NCBI GenBank assembly: GCA_951406725.2
Contig: OX597816.1
Location: forward strand, 61,690,001 to 61,754,000
DNA length: 64,000 nucleotides
Direction of reading: 5' to 3'
Source: Octopus vulgaris
Taxonomy: Eukaryota
Part shown: positions 12,188-25,340 of the stretch, one piece after another
How positions within the stretch are numbered: position 1 is the stretch's first letter
How the letters are laid out: the number at the start of each line of letters is the position of its first letter
Notes under the pieces: generated by a model
The model's input: the letters and a program-made list of their open reading frames with translations, nothing else
Database searches by the model: none
What the model was told of the DNA's origin: nothing
Program-made: the position numbers and the translations under genes

Positions 12188-12566
12188 AAGAATAGGGTAA
12201 ATGATTTTTTAAAATTTTTCTCTGATTTCGGAATTACTACTATTTGCGGTTGGAGCCCTGGCTGCTATTTCTAGTGGGTCGAACGGCCTATTATAGCCGT
12301 TCCTCAATTGCTGTTGAATTTATTAATAGTCTCTGACTATTTCCTCTTTCTCACTAGACCGCTGGTGGCAAAATAATTTCTATTGACATTTTTGCTACCC
12401 TAATATTGATTAATTGATAATTTTCCGATTAATTCTGAAATTGAATCGGCAGTTTATATTTGCTGCCGATAAGTTGGCGCGAGTACGATGATTTTGAAAA
12501 TTTTAGGTCAGATATTACCGAGGCATGAAGGTAGCTGCCTCGTGTAATTTCTGTCCCTTCTGGCTC

Positions 12567-12676
12567 CTTTACTGATGAACGCGTTGGCCTTTGGAAGATT
12601 GACTTGATTAAGTTTAATTTAATTTAATCGGGCTGGCTTACCATTAAAAAACGCTGAAACAATGCATTGTCTAAAG
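12567..12676 (+). ncRNA. type I hammerhead ribozyme with long stem II (second copy)
   Basis: CTGATGA 12572-12578, GAAA 12656-12659, GTC 12669-12671; same stems as the first copy. Confidence 0.8.
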
Positions 12677-12802
12677 AAGAACAGGGTAAATGTTTTTTAA
12701 AATTTTTCTCTGATTTCGGAATTACTACTATTTGCGGTTGGAGCCCTGGCTGCTATTTCTAGTGGGTCGAACGCCCTATTATAGCCGTTCCTCAATTGTT
12801 GT

Positions 12803-12865
<63 letters not shown>

Positions 12866-13043
12866 TAATAAATATTAGGGAATAAATCCAAATTTACAGG
12901 GAAAAAATCAGATTTAGGATTAAATCCAATTTTATAGTAAAATATTATATAATATTATTAGAGACAAAACCACTATTTTGCAAAACAAACAAGGAAAGAC
13001 TTAATCAATACATAAAATTTTAATAAAAAGTAAAAAAAAACCG

Positions 13044-13086
13044 CCACTACAATTGTTTCTTGTCCTGATCGACAATCTTCAGGTGG
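13044..13086 (-). ncRNA. type I hammerhead ribozyme motif
   Basis: Exact reverse complement of 15297-15339. Confidence 0.8.
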
Positions 13087-15296
13087 ACTTCCAATCTAAA
13101 ATATCAATATTTTAAAATATAAAAATAATAATTTTAAAATAATTAAAGTATTAATGAATATAAATATATAATCTATATATAACCTATATGTAATCCATAT
13201 ATAATCAATATATAAACTAAAATAAACCTATTAACAATTAAATATAAAACAAAACAAAAAATAAACTATATGTACACCCATACACATATAACTAATTATA
13301 TATAACCATATCTAAATACATACACTAAATCACACACCTATATATATAACCCTATACATAAAAATCGTTATAAATTTATTCAAATAGATATAGATAATTA
13401 TTATTCTTCTATTAATGAAATTGTGTTTAATAAAGCGCTTATTTTCGCAATGAATAAAGTGGGTATGTCACGTGAAGAAGTTAATGTAATTAAAAGGGAG
13501 ATTTTATCATTATATGTTTTTATGAGTTTTAGTTCATCATGGTAGTTTTATTAAAGAATTCGTAGTAATTTGTCTATTTACGATGTTTGTTATTTTATTA
13601 CATTATTTCATTCATAATTTTTAAGTAATGTTCGTTTTACCACGTGAATATAATTTTTAATTCCATTTATTCCATTTCTCCATTCATAATTTTAAAAGAT
13701 GTTCGTTTCCAGAGTGGGAATACTTTTTATACATATGTTAGGTTCCTTGGTAACGTAATTTTGTTTGGTGTATATGTTGAGGCTTATATGTACTTATAGG
13801 TATGTGTGAATGAGGTGGGTATTTGTATTTGTTATGGGTGTGTGGTTTACGTGTGTGTATTTGTGTGTGAATGTATAGGTTAAAGGGATTGCTATATAGG
13901 TATGTTATAGGGTTTAGTAAAGGGAGGTTTTATCATTTATGTTTTTATGAGTTTTAATGGTAGTTTTTATTAAAGAATCCATTCATAATTTTTTAAAATA
14001 ATGTTAGTTTACCGCGTGAATATAATTTTTAATTCTATTTATTCTATTTCTCCATTCATAATTTTAAATGACGTTTGCTTCCATAGCGCGTATTCTTTTT
14101 ATACATATGTTAGGTTCCTATGGTAACGTAATTTTGGTTTGACGTTTTTAACGCCTTAGAATTTAATTTCACTTCATAATTTGAAACTGACTTGAAAGTA
14201 TGTATATTATTTCTCCTTATGTCATATTGTTATTTTTGATATTCTGGTTACTTACGATGTATTTTATATATCGTATTATGTGTAATAATGTTGTTTTTCT
14301 TTGGAGTGTTTATGTATGTGGGATTGTGTGTGAGTGTATGCGTATTTTAGTTGTATAATTTATTTATCTGTATGAGTGTGGGTGTGTTAATATTGTTGTA
14401 TATATCGAGTTTAGTGAGTATGTATATGTATATGGTGTGTGTTTTACGTATGTATATTTGTGTGTGAATGTGTTTATGGGTTTGCTATATAGGTTTGGGG
14501 ATGTATGTGTTTATTTATCTGTGTGGGGTTGAGTGGGTTTTTGGAGTATATATTGAGGTTTATATGTATGTATAGGTATGTGTGAGTGAGGTGGGTATTT
14601 GTATATGTCGTGGGTGTGTGGTTTACGTGTGTGTATTTGTGTGTGAATGTTTAGGTTAGGGGGATTGCTATATAGGTATGTTATAGAGTTTAGTAAAGGG
14701 AGATTTTATCATTATATGTTTTTATGAGTTTTAGTTTATCATGGTAGTTTTATTAAAGAATTCGTAGTAATTTATGTCTATTTACGATGTCTGTTATTTT
14801 ATTACATTATTTCATTCATAATTTTTAAGTAATGTTCGTTTTACCAAGTGAATATAATTTTTAATTCCATTTATTCCATTTCTCCATTCATAATTTTAAA
14901 TGATGTTCGTTTTCTAGAGCGGGAATGTGGGTTGTATGTGTGTGTGAGGGAGTATGAATAAGTATTGTGTTGAAGTATTTGGCTATTTTATTTATTTATC
15001 GTTGCCTAGACGTTTTTATGTGTATGTATAGGGATATATATATAGGTGTGTGATTTAGTGTATGTATTTAGATATGGTTATATATAATTAGTTATATGTG
15101 TATGGGTGTATATATAGTTTATTTTTTGTTTTGTTTTATATTTAATTGTTAATAGGTTTATTTTAGTTTATATATTGATTATATATGGATTATATATAGG
15201 TTATATATAGATTATATATTTATATTCATTAATACTTTAATTATTTTAAAATTATTATTTTTATATTTTAAAATATTGATATTTTAGATTGGAAGT

Positions 15297-15339
15297 CCAC
15301 CTGAAGATTGTCGATCAGGACAAGAAACAATTGTAGTGG
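15297..15339 (+). ncRNA. type I hammerhead ribozyme motif
   Basis: ccac-CTGAAGA-ttgtc-gatcag-gacaa-GAAA-c-aatt-GTA-gtgg. Confidence 0.8.
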
Positions 15340-15430
15340 CGGTTTTTTTTACTTTTTATTAAAATGTTATGTATTGATTAAGTCTTTCCTTGTTTGTTTT
15401 GCAAAATAGTGGTTTTGTCTCTAATAATAT

Positions 15431-15476
<46 letters not shown>

Positions 15477-15544
15477 TGTATGTATGTATGTATGTATGTA
15501 TCTGCCTGCATCAGCGTCATGAAAAGGAGAGCCGAAATATAGAA

Positions 15545-16265
15545 GCTTGGGTTGTAGAAAATAACAAGTCATACCCTAAAGCTCATTTCACCTTTTCGGA
15601 TAGATTTGTGACTGGTGACGAAAAAATGGAACTTCTATAGAAATGTTAAACGTCGTAAACAGTGGCTTGGTAAAAGAGATAAAGCTCAACCACAACTGAG
15701 AAGGTAACTTCATGGGGAAAAGGTTCTTCTCTCTATCTGGTGGGATTGCAAGGGAGTAGTTCACTTTGAATTGTTACCACCTAATGCAACAATCAATGCT
15801 TAAGTCTACTGTCTGCAATTAGAGCGTTTGAATCAAATTTTGAAGAAAAAACAACCCGCTTTAGTGAATCGAAAAGGAGTGATGTTTCATCAGGACAATG
15901 CGCGACTCCACACTGCAAATATCACATCACAGAAAGTCGAAGAGCTTATTTGGGAAAAGATTTCTCATCCGCCTTATTCTCTCGACCTTGCTCTTCAGAC
16001 TACCATTTGTTTCGTAGTTTACAGAATCATTTAGGGGACATAACTTTCGCGAGCCAGGAGGGGGTCGAAAGTGACATTTCAGAGTTATTTGCTTTGAAAT
16101 CAAAAGAGTTTTACATTAATGGGATTAAAAAGCTTGTAAATAGATGGAAGGAAGTCATAGATAATCAGGGAAAGCACATTGATGATTAAATTTCAATTAA
16201 ATATAACATTTTATCACTTGTTTTCTATTTTCAAAATTCGAACAGAATTTATGGGATGACCATAA

Positions 16266-16267
<2 letters not shown>
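15545..16267 (+). mobile_element. mariner (DD34D) transposon, 5'-truncated and disabled
   Basis: VTGDEK, VLLSIWWDCKGVVHFELLP, FHQDNARLH, HPPYSLDLA-SDYHLF with stops and frameshifts; 3' TIR-like end ~16234-16267. Confidence 0.92.
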
Positions 16268-16354
<87 letters not shown>

Positions 16355-16356
16355 TT

Positions 16357-16403
<47 letters not shown>

Positions 16404-17680
16404 GAATAATTTATAAATGTGTGTGTGTGCGTCTGTCTCTCTGTATCTGTATTTGTGTTAGACTAGCGATTACACTAATGTACACAAGTATCGTGTAAAT
16501 ATTTTTCTTTTATGACATGGGATTATAATTTTGGTATGCTTTATTGCCACACACACACACACACACTTACACATATACACATGCGATACTATCGTCTTTC
16601 GTTTTCATGTTGTTCTTGATAGGATAATACTAGGTACCCACCTCATCGTCTTTTCCCTCTTATTTACTTAAATGTAATGTATATGTTGATGTATATTATT
16701 ACTATTTCCTTTGGCATGCAATGTAGTCGCTAGAAGCTGAAGACAGAATATGAAATATCTTTCTGTCAGTGAGAAAACCATAAACATTGAAGACAACGTT
16801 TTTAGATTTGTCAATTTGTATAACAAAAACCAACATAACAAAATACATACAAAAGTGTTGGAGATTTTGATTTTGCATTTTTATTTTGGTTGTTGATTAT
16901 TTTAGTTGATGTATTTATCACTGTATTTTCTTTATTCAGAGAAAGAAAATATACCGAAAGAAAAATAACGAAATAAAGAAAATAATAATGTTAGTCAGTA
17001 ATTCAACAATGGCCACATGCTATGCATAAAGCATCGCGGGATACAATCCATATATTTCAAATGCACACACGGCCCATTTTGTGTTTTGTCACAAGGAAAT
17101 AAACATTGACTGTCAAATGTAGCTAGCACAGAAAGAGAGAGAGAGTTCAAACTCATACACGTATAAACATTCGCATACTCGCATACGCATACTCATTTAC
17201 TTACATACACACACGTTAATTGGCACGCACAAATACAGATACCTACATACACAGATTATATACAGCTATGTAAACAGCTTTGGTGCACACGCATTTCATC
17301 TATCTATCTATCATATATATATAAATGCGCCCGCGCACACATACACTCTCACGCACACAAGTTTGATGGTAGTCAACAGAAATAGCAGAGACACCGGATA
17401 GAAAGCCTTGTGATATATTTTCTGATTCTTTATGTTCTGATTTCATTTCTCGAAATACCAGTTAACTACTCGGGCGCAACTTTCTTTCTTTTCATTTGCG
17501 ACATCTCATCTGGGATATTCCTCTGGGTTAAGGGATGGGGAGTGCTGAGTGTTTGTCTCTATCCTTTCAGAACCACATAGATTGATAAAGCTGTCACGGT
17601 GCATGCGCATCGTGACAGTAAGTAATAACCAACTGTAATGGTAGCCGCAGTACATGTCAGTCTGACGGTTTTCTTTTTCA

Positions 17681-17896
<216 letters not shown>

Positions 17897-17922
17897 GTCT
17901 GTCTGTCTGTCTGTCTGTCGGC

Positions 17923-17989
<67 letters not shown>

Positions 17990-19110
17990 CCTACCCATCC
18001 ATCCACCTATCTATCTGTCTGTTTAACTATCAACCTATCCATATATGTATACACACATATTTATATACATGCAGAAATACATACATACTTACATTCATAT
18101 GTGTACATGCATGAACGCACACTCATACACATAAATACACATACACATGCACACATGTATGCACATATGTTTGCGATCAAAGTAATTCTTCGTGACATAA
18201 CAGTCCAAGATAGAATATAATCCATGATAGAAGAGTTCTTCGTTTATACAGGCAATGGATAGTTCCGGTGCCAGTAAGTCTTCTAATTTGAATGATAATC
18301 TTTGATATGTCATTCTCTCCTTTAAGTTCTGGAATATTTCAAAACATGATCAATCGTTGCTCGAGAACAAATTCCTGCGGGGATTTCGGCTGATAATTGA
18401 TTTGCATTTTCATTATCGTTTTTTTTTTTTGCATTTTCACTCTTTTTCCTTACGTCTTTGAAAATAATATTGAAGAACGATTTTTAAAAATCTGATAAGG
18501 AATCTGAAAATACACTATGTTCTAATTTTATATTTCCTTCTATTATGATTTTTAAGTTGATAGAATATTTCCCTTGAGGCTAATATAACTTTAAGTTTCC
18601 GAAGAATATGTAAATAACCGTAGGAGAATTCTCTCTCCATGTGACATACGTTTGATTAATTTGGAATATTTCAGTTGCGTATACATAAGGGAGGCTTGAT
18701 TGATATGCATACAACCACGAGAAGAAAAGGGAAATTGTAAATGAAAGATAAGTATAAAAGAGAGAAGACAGAAAATGACAGTAAAACTTGCTTTGTAACT
18801 AAGATTCGTATCGGGAGTACATAGTATGAAATACATGTTTTCTGAGATAAGCAAAAAAAAAAGGCCAAATTGACACGATTCCATGACTGTGCAGTGTGAT
18901 TTGCAATAAAGCAGTGTTTCACAAAAGACACCATACACGCACGCATAGAAAGAGAGAGAGAGAGAGAGAGAGAAAAAGCGAAAGAATAGAGAATCCCGAT
19001 TCCTATCCTCCCTCTTGACTGAAGTGTGAAGATTAAATGTGTTGAACGTAGCGTGGGAGTTGCTTCCCTTGCTTTTATAGAATAGAATTGTTATTTAAGC
19101 TTATTCTTAA

Positions 19111-20021
19111 CTAGCTGATGTACCCGGTAATTCCCGGGAAAGCGGTGTTTATCCCTTGGTTCCGTTCTCATAAGTGTTTCGCTAATCCAATAACATCCAA
19201 TAACATCAATACAAAGTATGTAGCCCTTAAAACGATTTTTGTGCATTTACAGAGAACACCGAACTGTCTTACACAGTATCTTGTTTTTAGGAATTCCCAA
19301 TAAGTTATGAATACCCAAATTGTGAAGTCAATTATGTAATAACATGAATTTAGTTACCCGATAGTAAGAATTCAAATAAAGTATCCCCCAAAAGGACTTT
19401 AATGCGTTCCCAGAGTATATAGAACTTAGAAGGAAATACTAATAAGGTGTGCATATTAAAATCGTGAAGCATGTTACGTAATAACAGGCTAATCAGATTT
19501 GAGATAACAATTCAACGTAAATAATTCTGAAAAGGGCTTTTGTGCGTTCCCAGAGAATATTACCCTCAGGGGTGCTGGTGTTGGTATATTCGTGAATAAG
19601 TCACTAACCGAAATAAGTAGATCTATTGTTTAGGAAAATGCTATTTACTGGTTTAAGGGTTGTACTGGATAAATTGCGAAAATAACTCTAACAGTTTAAA
19701 TACTGAGAAATAAGCCTGCTCAATTTTTATTTCTGCCAAATAATTCAGGAAAATGAATAGGTTATTTTCTTTGGCTATATATAATGAACCCTTCCAAAGG
19801 CGAATGGGTTATTTCCCATGGATTTTAAAATAAAATATATTATATATATATAAGGATCCCTTCCATGGGCCCTATTATCTATTTTTCAACAATCTGAGTA
19901 TGCCATGAGGTTTCCAGGCATGAGTTCTACTCACGTGTCTAGTTTCATCAAAATCGATAAAACGATACAGGAGGAGTTAGCTAACACATCCATAGACAGA
20001 AATTTCCACATATGTAGTAGA
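19111..20021 (-). mobile_element. non-autonomous Helitron
   Basis: Minus strand starts A^TC (20021) and ends CTAG^T (19111); hairpin cccgg-taattc-ccggg at 19123-19138, 8 nt from the CTAG; no TSD; internal short repeats. Confidence 0.65.
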
Positions 20022-21679
20022 TTGTAACTGACTGAAAATTTTCACTTGACTACATAAAGTATATTAGCACAGATCTTACAATTAGGGCTCAATGCAGAAC
20101 ATGTCCTTGGGTATATTCTACTAGTCCTAAATATTTTATAGTTCAGTTAGTGTTAGCATTTTCAATGTAATGAGCATTAAATAGGTAACTAGAAATATCT
20201 CTGCAGCAAAGATAATACAAGTTCAATGAGTGATATCATTATCATTTCTCCGGTTTATACGGGAGACAAATCTGAATAGGTTTTGGCCTAATGAGTCTTC
20301 TTCAGTGAGGTATACACATCACAGTACTCAGTAAAGTATTGAGGAAAGATTTACTATATAGATATACACAATATTGTACACAAGTAAACCTGAAGATAAT
20401 TAAAAAAATATTTTCTAAGGATAAGTACAAATTTTATTGCTCAAACTGCAACAGATCTTTCGAAGATGATAAAAGAGGCGGCGTCGGTATTTAAATCCTC
20501 TAACAATTAGTTGTTAAAATTTGAATCTAGTTGTTATGCTTTATTGTGTTTTAGCACTAGGAGAGCCTTGACCCGGTAAACCATGATCAAAAGAGTATTA
20601 TTTGTGATCAGCTCTAGACATAGTCAGTGTAGGACTTCACTGTCCAATGTATGCTTTTCTCTTAAAGAGAAAAGGGTCCATTTATGAGAGTAATTTGCCT
20701 GCTATTTCTAGTTGGTTCAGCTTGTTAGCTCTTCAGGTTCTTATATCTCTATCCACTGGTTTTTGCCCAGTCGATGGATCCCTATATGGAAACGCTGATA
20801 AGATAGCGTTGAATAATTTTTGAAATGCAGGGTTGGTAATAAACGAAGTTTCAGACAATATGTAAACTTGGCAAATCCTCCAATATAATCTGGCAATCAA
20901 CCAAATAACCCCTGCAATGTCACTGAAATAAGCAATAACGTTACGCTATATACAGTGGAAGGGTGAAAGAAATATAATTCAGCATCATCGATGTTTTTAA
21001 CGACCATATCGTCATCTATCTTTGTCAGCGTGTAGCTCTACTACAAAGCTTCTCTCAGCACTTTTAAATGATTCAGCTACGAGATATGACATTGCTAAAA
21101 CTGATTGCAGTAAACTTATAAGCAGCTCCTCAAATCTGTTTAGTCGTTCAAATTGTGGTTCTTTCTATGATTTCTTGAGGGTACGATAGCCAGAAAGAGG
21201 AACCAAGGATGCAAGGATGCCTAGCATGTAGAGAGATCAGATCCTAAAATGGTCTCAAGGTCAATCTTGGATAGACCTCAATGTAATGACAGCATGTAGT
21301 GATTGATGGAGGAAATACATTCGTGAGGTTTCACTCTCTCCTGCAAGCAGAAATATCTGTTTCTCATTTGGGCACAAGGCCAGCAATTTTTGAGAAGGCT
21401 TTGTCCATTATATCGGCATTAGAAGTTATCGAAGTGATAAAAGGTAAAGTTAATCTCGGCGGGATTTGAACTCAGAACGCAGAACCAGAAGATATTGTGC
21501 CCGTCGCTCTAATGATTCTACCAAATCATCGCTGAAATATAATATCACCAAGTGATGTTGCCAAGTTGACTGCGTGGCCCCCAATTCAATCTAGACTGTA
21601 TTATCATACATTGAAAGACATTACATCCATAGTAACTTTTATTGTTTGAGGTAACATTATCTAAAGTGTCCTGTCATAT

Positions 21680-22020
21680 TTTAAAATGATAAGGTGTAAT
21701 TTGATGGAGATTCGGATGTCATTTCTATTTGGGAAGAAGAGTAGTTAAGGTAACAATACCGGAGTTCAACCTGAGCTAGATCTCTTTTGGGTATTGACAA
21801 GAATCGTGTTGAAGAAGAGTGAAACTTTAGTGGATTTGAAGAAAACAGGGGGGAGAGAATTGATTTGGGACCACATCGGATGTCCTTCTCCATGTAAAGC
21901 ACGAGAATTTAGAAAGGACCACAAAACTCACCTCCTTGATGAATGGGATGGAAGTATAAGTAATTGAGGAGGGAAGACGAATGAGATGCAACGTCTGTAG
22001 AAACAAAGACCATCTCAGAA
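21680..22020 (-). pseudogene. ancient CR1/Jockey-like RT remnant
   Basis: IRCGPKSILSPLF resembles GVPQGSILSPLLF; heavily decayed. Confidence 0.35.
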
Positions 22021-22165
22021 CTTTCTGCTCACACAACCAAAACTAAAAAGCATGTACAATATCAGAATCAGTAGCAGCAAAGAAAATGGAGCTACAATGA
22101 ATGCTTCTGGACCCGTATCAGCAATAGCAACAACAGCAACACTCAACAATAGTAGCAGCAACAAT

Positions 22166-22212
<47 letters not shown>

Positions 22213-22289
22213 CTATAGCCGCAACAGAAATTATGGAAACTTATGTAAGGCCACCTACATCAACATCAACTTCGTCTGCACTAGCGACT

Positions 22290-23825
22290 GAGGTAGTACC
22301 TTTAGACCAGTTTCTTTATATGCCAAGGCTCGTACAGAGCGGGCACATTTTTCAGGTATTTGGAGGTTTTCGTAGGATTGTCCTATCTTTTAGTGCAAGT
22401 GGGCAATTGGAACACCTTATTTTATGCACTTTTGGATTATGTGGAGCTAGCTGATAGGAGAATTGGATGTAAAAGACTCGAGAAACTACTTCGTTTTTCC
22501 AATTGGCTGACAGGTACTGACCGTAGTTCCCGAATACACTAATGTGAACATGGGTAAACTGCATCTGGTCATCCAGATCATATTTACACAAAGTATTGTG
22601 TAAGCCAGAGAATATAGGTAGCATATGGTGTCCACAATTTAAATAGGTAAGTTATAGAGACCATTAATTTGTAATTTCTACGGAGGGCCTACATAGACTG
22701 CGTAAACAGGGACCCAGTTACTGGAAATTTAACGCTTCTTTCCACGGCTCACCAAGTTTATCGAGACCAAACGAGAAAACTAGTTAAGCCTGAGTTGGCG
22801 GAGGCAATCGTCAACAACTGATGGTAACTAACCCAGAAATGTCTCTGGGTATAGTAACGAAATACTGAAGTAGTAATAGAGAAATCTATTACTAGAGAAG
22901 GAGGCAGAGAAAGAGAGAGAGAGAGAGGGAGAGAGGGAGAAAGAGAGGGAGAGAGAGTTAGGAATCTAGAAGAGAAGCTTAAGAAAGGGGTTGCGACAGG
23001 TACTGGCGGTGAGACTGACTCTTGACTAATTCTTCAACACGAAGCACAGAGGTTGCATTTTCAGAGGCAACGCTCATATCCTAAAGCTCGGGGAGAACGA
23101 AAGCTGTCTGATAGGTGCGGTTGACAGAGCTACCATTCGGTTTTTGGTTATTCTGAAGTGGTGCCTGCAAGTAGATTCTAAGTAGATGAGTGCAGCTTTT
23201 TAGTGGTGCTTCGCTCAGCAGCTAGTGTGGGTTGCCGATCGGAGACAGAGATGGACTTTACTCCCAGTTACAAGGACCGGCAGTGGTTCTTGGATAAGGA
23301 TGCGAAATACGGTAAGTGTTGACTCTCTGCATGAAGAAGGAGTAACCATGGCTGGATGGTCTCTCATACAACATTTATATTCATATATCAGACTTGTTCG
23401 CAACCTCTTGCCAGATGTCTTCTGAAATTGACAGAAAAATGGGAAAATTTCTAGTCCTGTGAAACGATGTGTGGTGGTATCGCTGACAAAGAACATAAAC
23501 ATGGGGAGTCATTTTCACAACTTCAGACCTATAACTCTGCTAAATGCAGAGGTAAAATTTTTGGACGTAGTGTTAGCCAAGAGGTTGATGTTGGTGGTCT
23601 GTAAGGCACATACATGTTTTATCCCAAACAAATAGATCTACAACAAACTCTACTTCACGTGATGCGTCATAGAAAGGGAGGGTAAAGAACCTGGCATGGG
23701 TAGAGACTTGATCAATTTGCATCATTCGAAAGCTTTTGATTTGGTTGAACATCAATACACCACAGCTGACTTCACGGTGGTCGGTTTCATTTCCGTCTTG
23801 GAGATTGGATTGCTGCAACGTAAAA
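22290..23825 (+). mobile_element. degenerate L1/Tx1-like LINE ORF2 (APE + RT)
   Basis: Fragments SLYA..FFRYLE..VGNWN and SRSYLHKVL (APE-like); NFRPITLLNAEVKF..VLAKRL and SKAFDLVEHQY (RT); many stops. Confidence 0.7.
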
Positions 23826-24172
23826 AGGTAAAGGCCTCCTTCAGTCATGAACGACCATAGGATTGCACCTAGAAATTTACCCTCCGATGCTTAAGTCCGG
23901 GCACGGTTGTTTATGGAAGATCAGCAGTCACCCATGTACACAAGCCTCTCCTCTCTACACCACTGATGTTATCCGAGGGAAAAGCAAAGACCAATACAGC
24001 TTGGCACCAGCGATGTTGCAACTCATTTCTACTGCTGAGTTAACTGGAGCATCGTGAAATAAAGTGTCTTGCACAAGAATACAACTCGCTGTCCTGTCGA
24101 AAAATCGAACTCAGTACCTTATGATTGTGAGCCCGACTCTTTAACCTTAGAGCCATGTGCCTTCATTATGCG
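23826..24172 (-). mobile_element. tRNA-headed SINE family D (old copy)
   Basis: Minus strand head ggcacatggctctaaggttaaagagtcgg..gagttcgattt, then gtattcttgtgcaagacacttt and a distinct 3' body. Confidence 0.6.
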
Positions 24173-24454
24173 CCTTCACATTGCTGCAATGTGTAGCGAC
24201 ATTTACTCGGTTGTCAGAAAAATTGTGTATCCATCGGAATGTCTTAGTATCATGCGTTCAGTCTGTTAAGTTTGTTCCTCCTCTCCCATTCTGTACGAAG
24301 TGACACTCAAGCTAACTGGTTGGACTGTTGCTGAGGGCTTTCAGTTCAGGACTTATAAATAATTTTCAGAAATCCGAGACCTGGTAACGTTACCACTTCT
24401 CTAAAATGTTATATATAATTCCTTTTAGAAAACGACAAGTGTAAATTGAAACGA

Positions 24455-24472
24455 ATATTATTATTATTATTA

Positions 24473-24543
<71 letters not shown>

Positions 24544-24565
24544 ATTATTATTATTATTATTATTA

Positions 24566-24616
<51 letters not shown>

Positions 24617-24655
24617 GCATTATTATTATTATTATTAGCATTATTATTATTATTA
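24455..24655. repeat. (ATT)n microsatellite
   Basis: Direct reading. Others at 28146-28245, 35588-35714, 41198-41630 (AAT/GAT) and 45885-46003. Confidence 0.97.
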
Positions 24656-25032
24656 AGACGGCGAACTGGCAGAATCGTTAGCACACCGGGCGAAATGCTT
24701 AGCGGTATTTCGTCCGTTTTTACGTTGAGTTCAAATTCCGCCGAGGTTGACTCTGCCTTTCATCCTTTCGAGGTCGATAAATTAAGTACCAGTCAAGTGC
24801 TGGGGTCAATGAAATCAACTATCTGCTCCCCACAAATTCCACGCCTTGTTCCTATAATTGAAAGGATTATTATTATTATTACTAGTAGTAGTAATATTTT
24901 CATCCTCTTTCTCCTCCTCCTCCTCCTCCTCCTCCTCCTCCTCCTCTTCCTCCTCCTTCTCCTCGTCATCGTTATCATTATCACTATTAAAACTATATAT
25001 TTTGTAACCAGCAGCGTAGACTTTCAGATGGC

Positions 25033-25086
<54 letters not shown>

Positions 25087-25090
<4 letters not shown>

Positions 25091-25331
25091 AGGTTTGGAG
25101 ATGATGTACAGGTCTTATATATTAGAAGAAATGAGGTAATCAGAAGATCGGATGGTTTATATTTACAGATATTTATTTATATATTACATTTTTTATATAT
25201 ATATCATATCACTTAGATCATTAGCGCTTTCTCCCATTCTAGTGGGGTTTTCAAATCAAAATAAGTTCCTTTGTATTTATAAATAAATATCTGTAAATAT
25301 AAACCATCCGATCTTCTTATTACCTCATTTC

Positions 25332-25340
<9 letters not shown>
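25087..25340. mobile_element. mini element with ~65-bp inverted arms in (TA)n
   Basis: 25117-25181 is the reverse complement of 25277-25341; 30-nt outer extension on the left; decayed hammerhead-like motif in the spacer. Confidence 0.6.

Larger units (their letters stand above)
12075..12804 (+). mobile_element. retrozyme/Penelope-pLTR-like element: two ~242-bp direct repeats, each with a hammerhead ribozyme
   Basis: Repeats 12075-12316 and 12564-12804 (period 489, few mismatches); hairpin-rich non-coding spacer; TA-rich tracts on both flanks. Confidence 0.8.
12862..15436. mobile_element. 2.6-kb non-coding Penelope-like element with ~415-bp inverted arms
   Basis: Arms 12946-13360 and 15023-15436 nearly identical in reverse complement; left arm has an extra ~85-nt outer extension; internal diverged direct repeats (13495, 13920, 14696; 13770, 14546); inserted in (TA)n. 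Confidence 0.75.

Noticed and set aside
13495-14925. Repeated blocks considered as a CRISPR-like array or coding repeat
   Set aside because: Long, irregular, diverged duplications in eukaryotic DNA; no fixed repeat-spacer period and no ORF.
16733-16768. agaag-CTGAAGA-cagaatat-GAAA-ta-TC-tttct hammerhead-like string
   Set aside because: Stem I pairs but no stem II can form, and it is not in a recognisable repeat; likely chance.
20272-20310. Minus-strand CTGAAGA-a-gactcattaggcc-AAAAC (and a similar string at 20710-20740)
   Set aside because: GAAA core broken and stems imperfect; cannot be supported.
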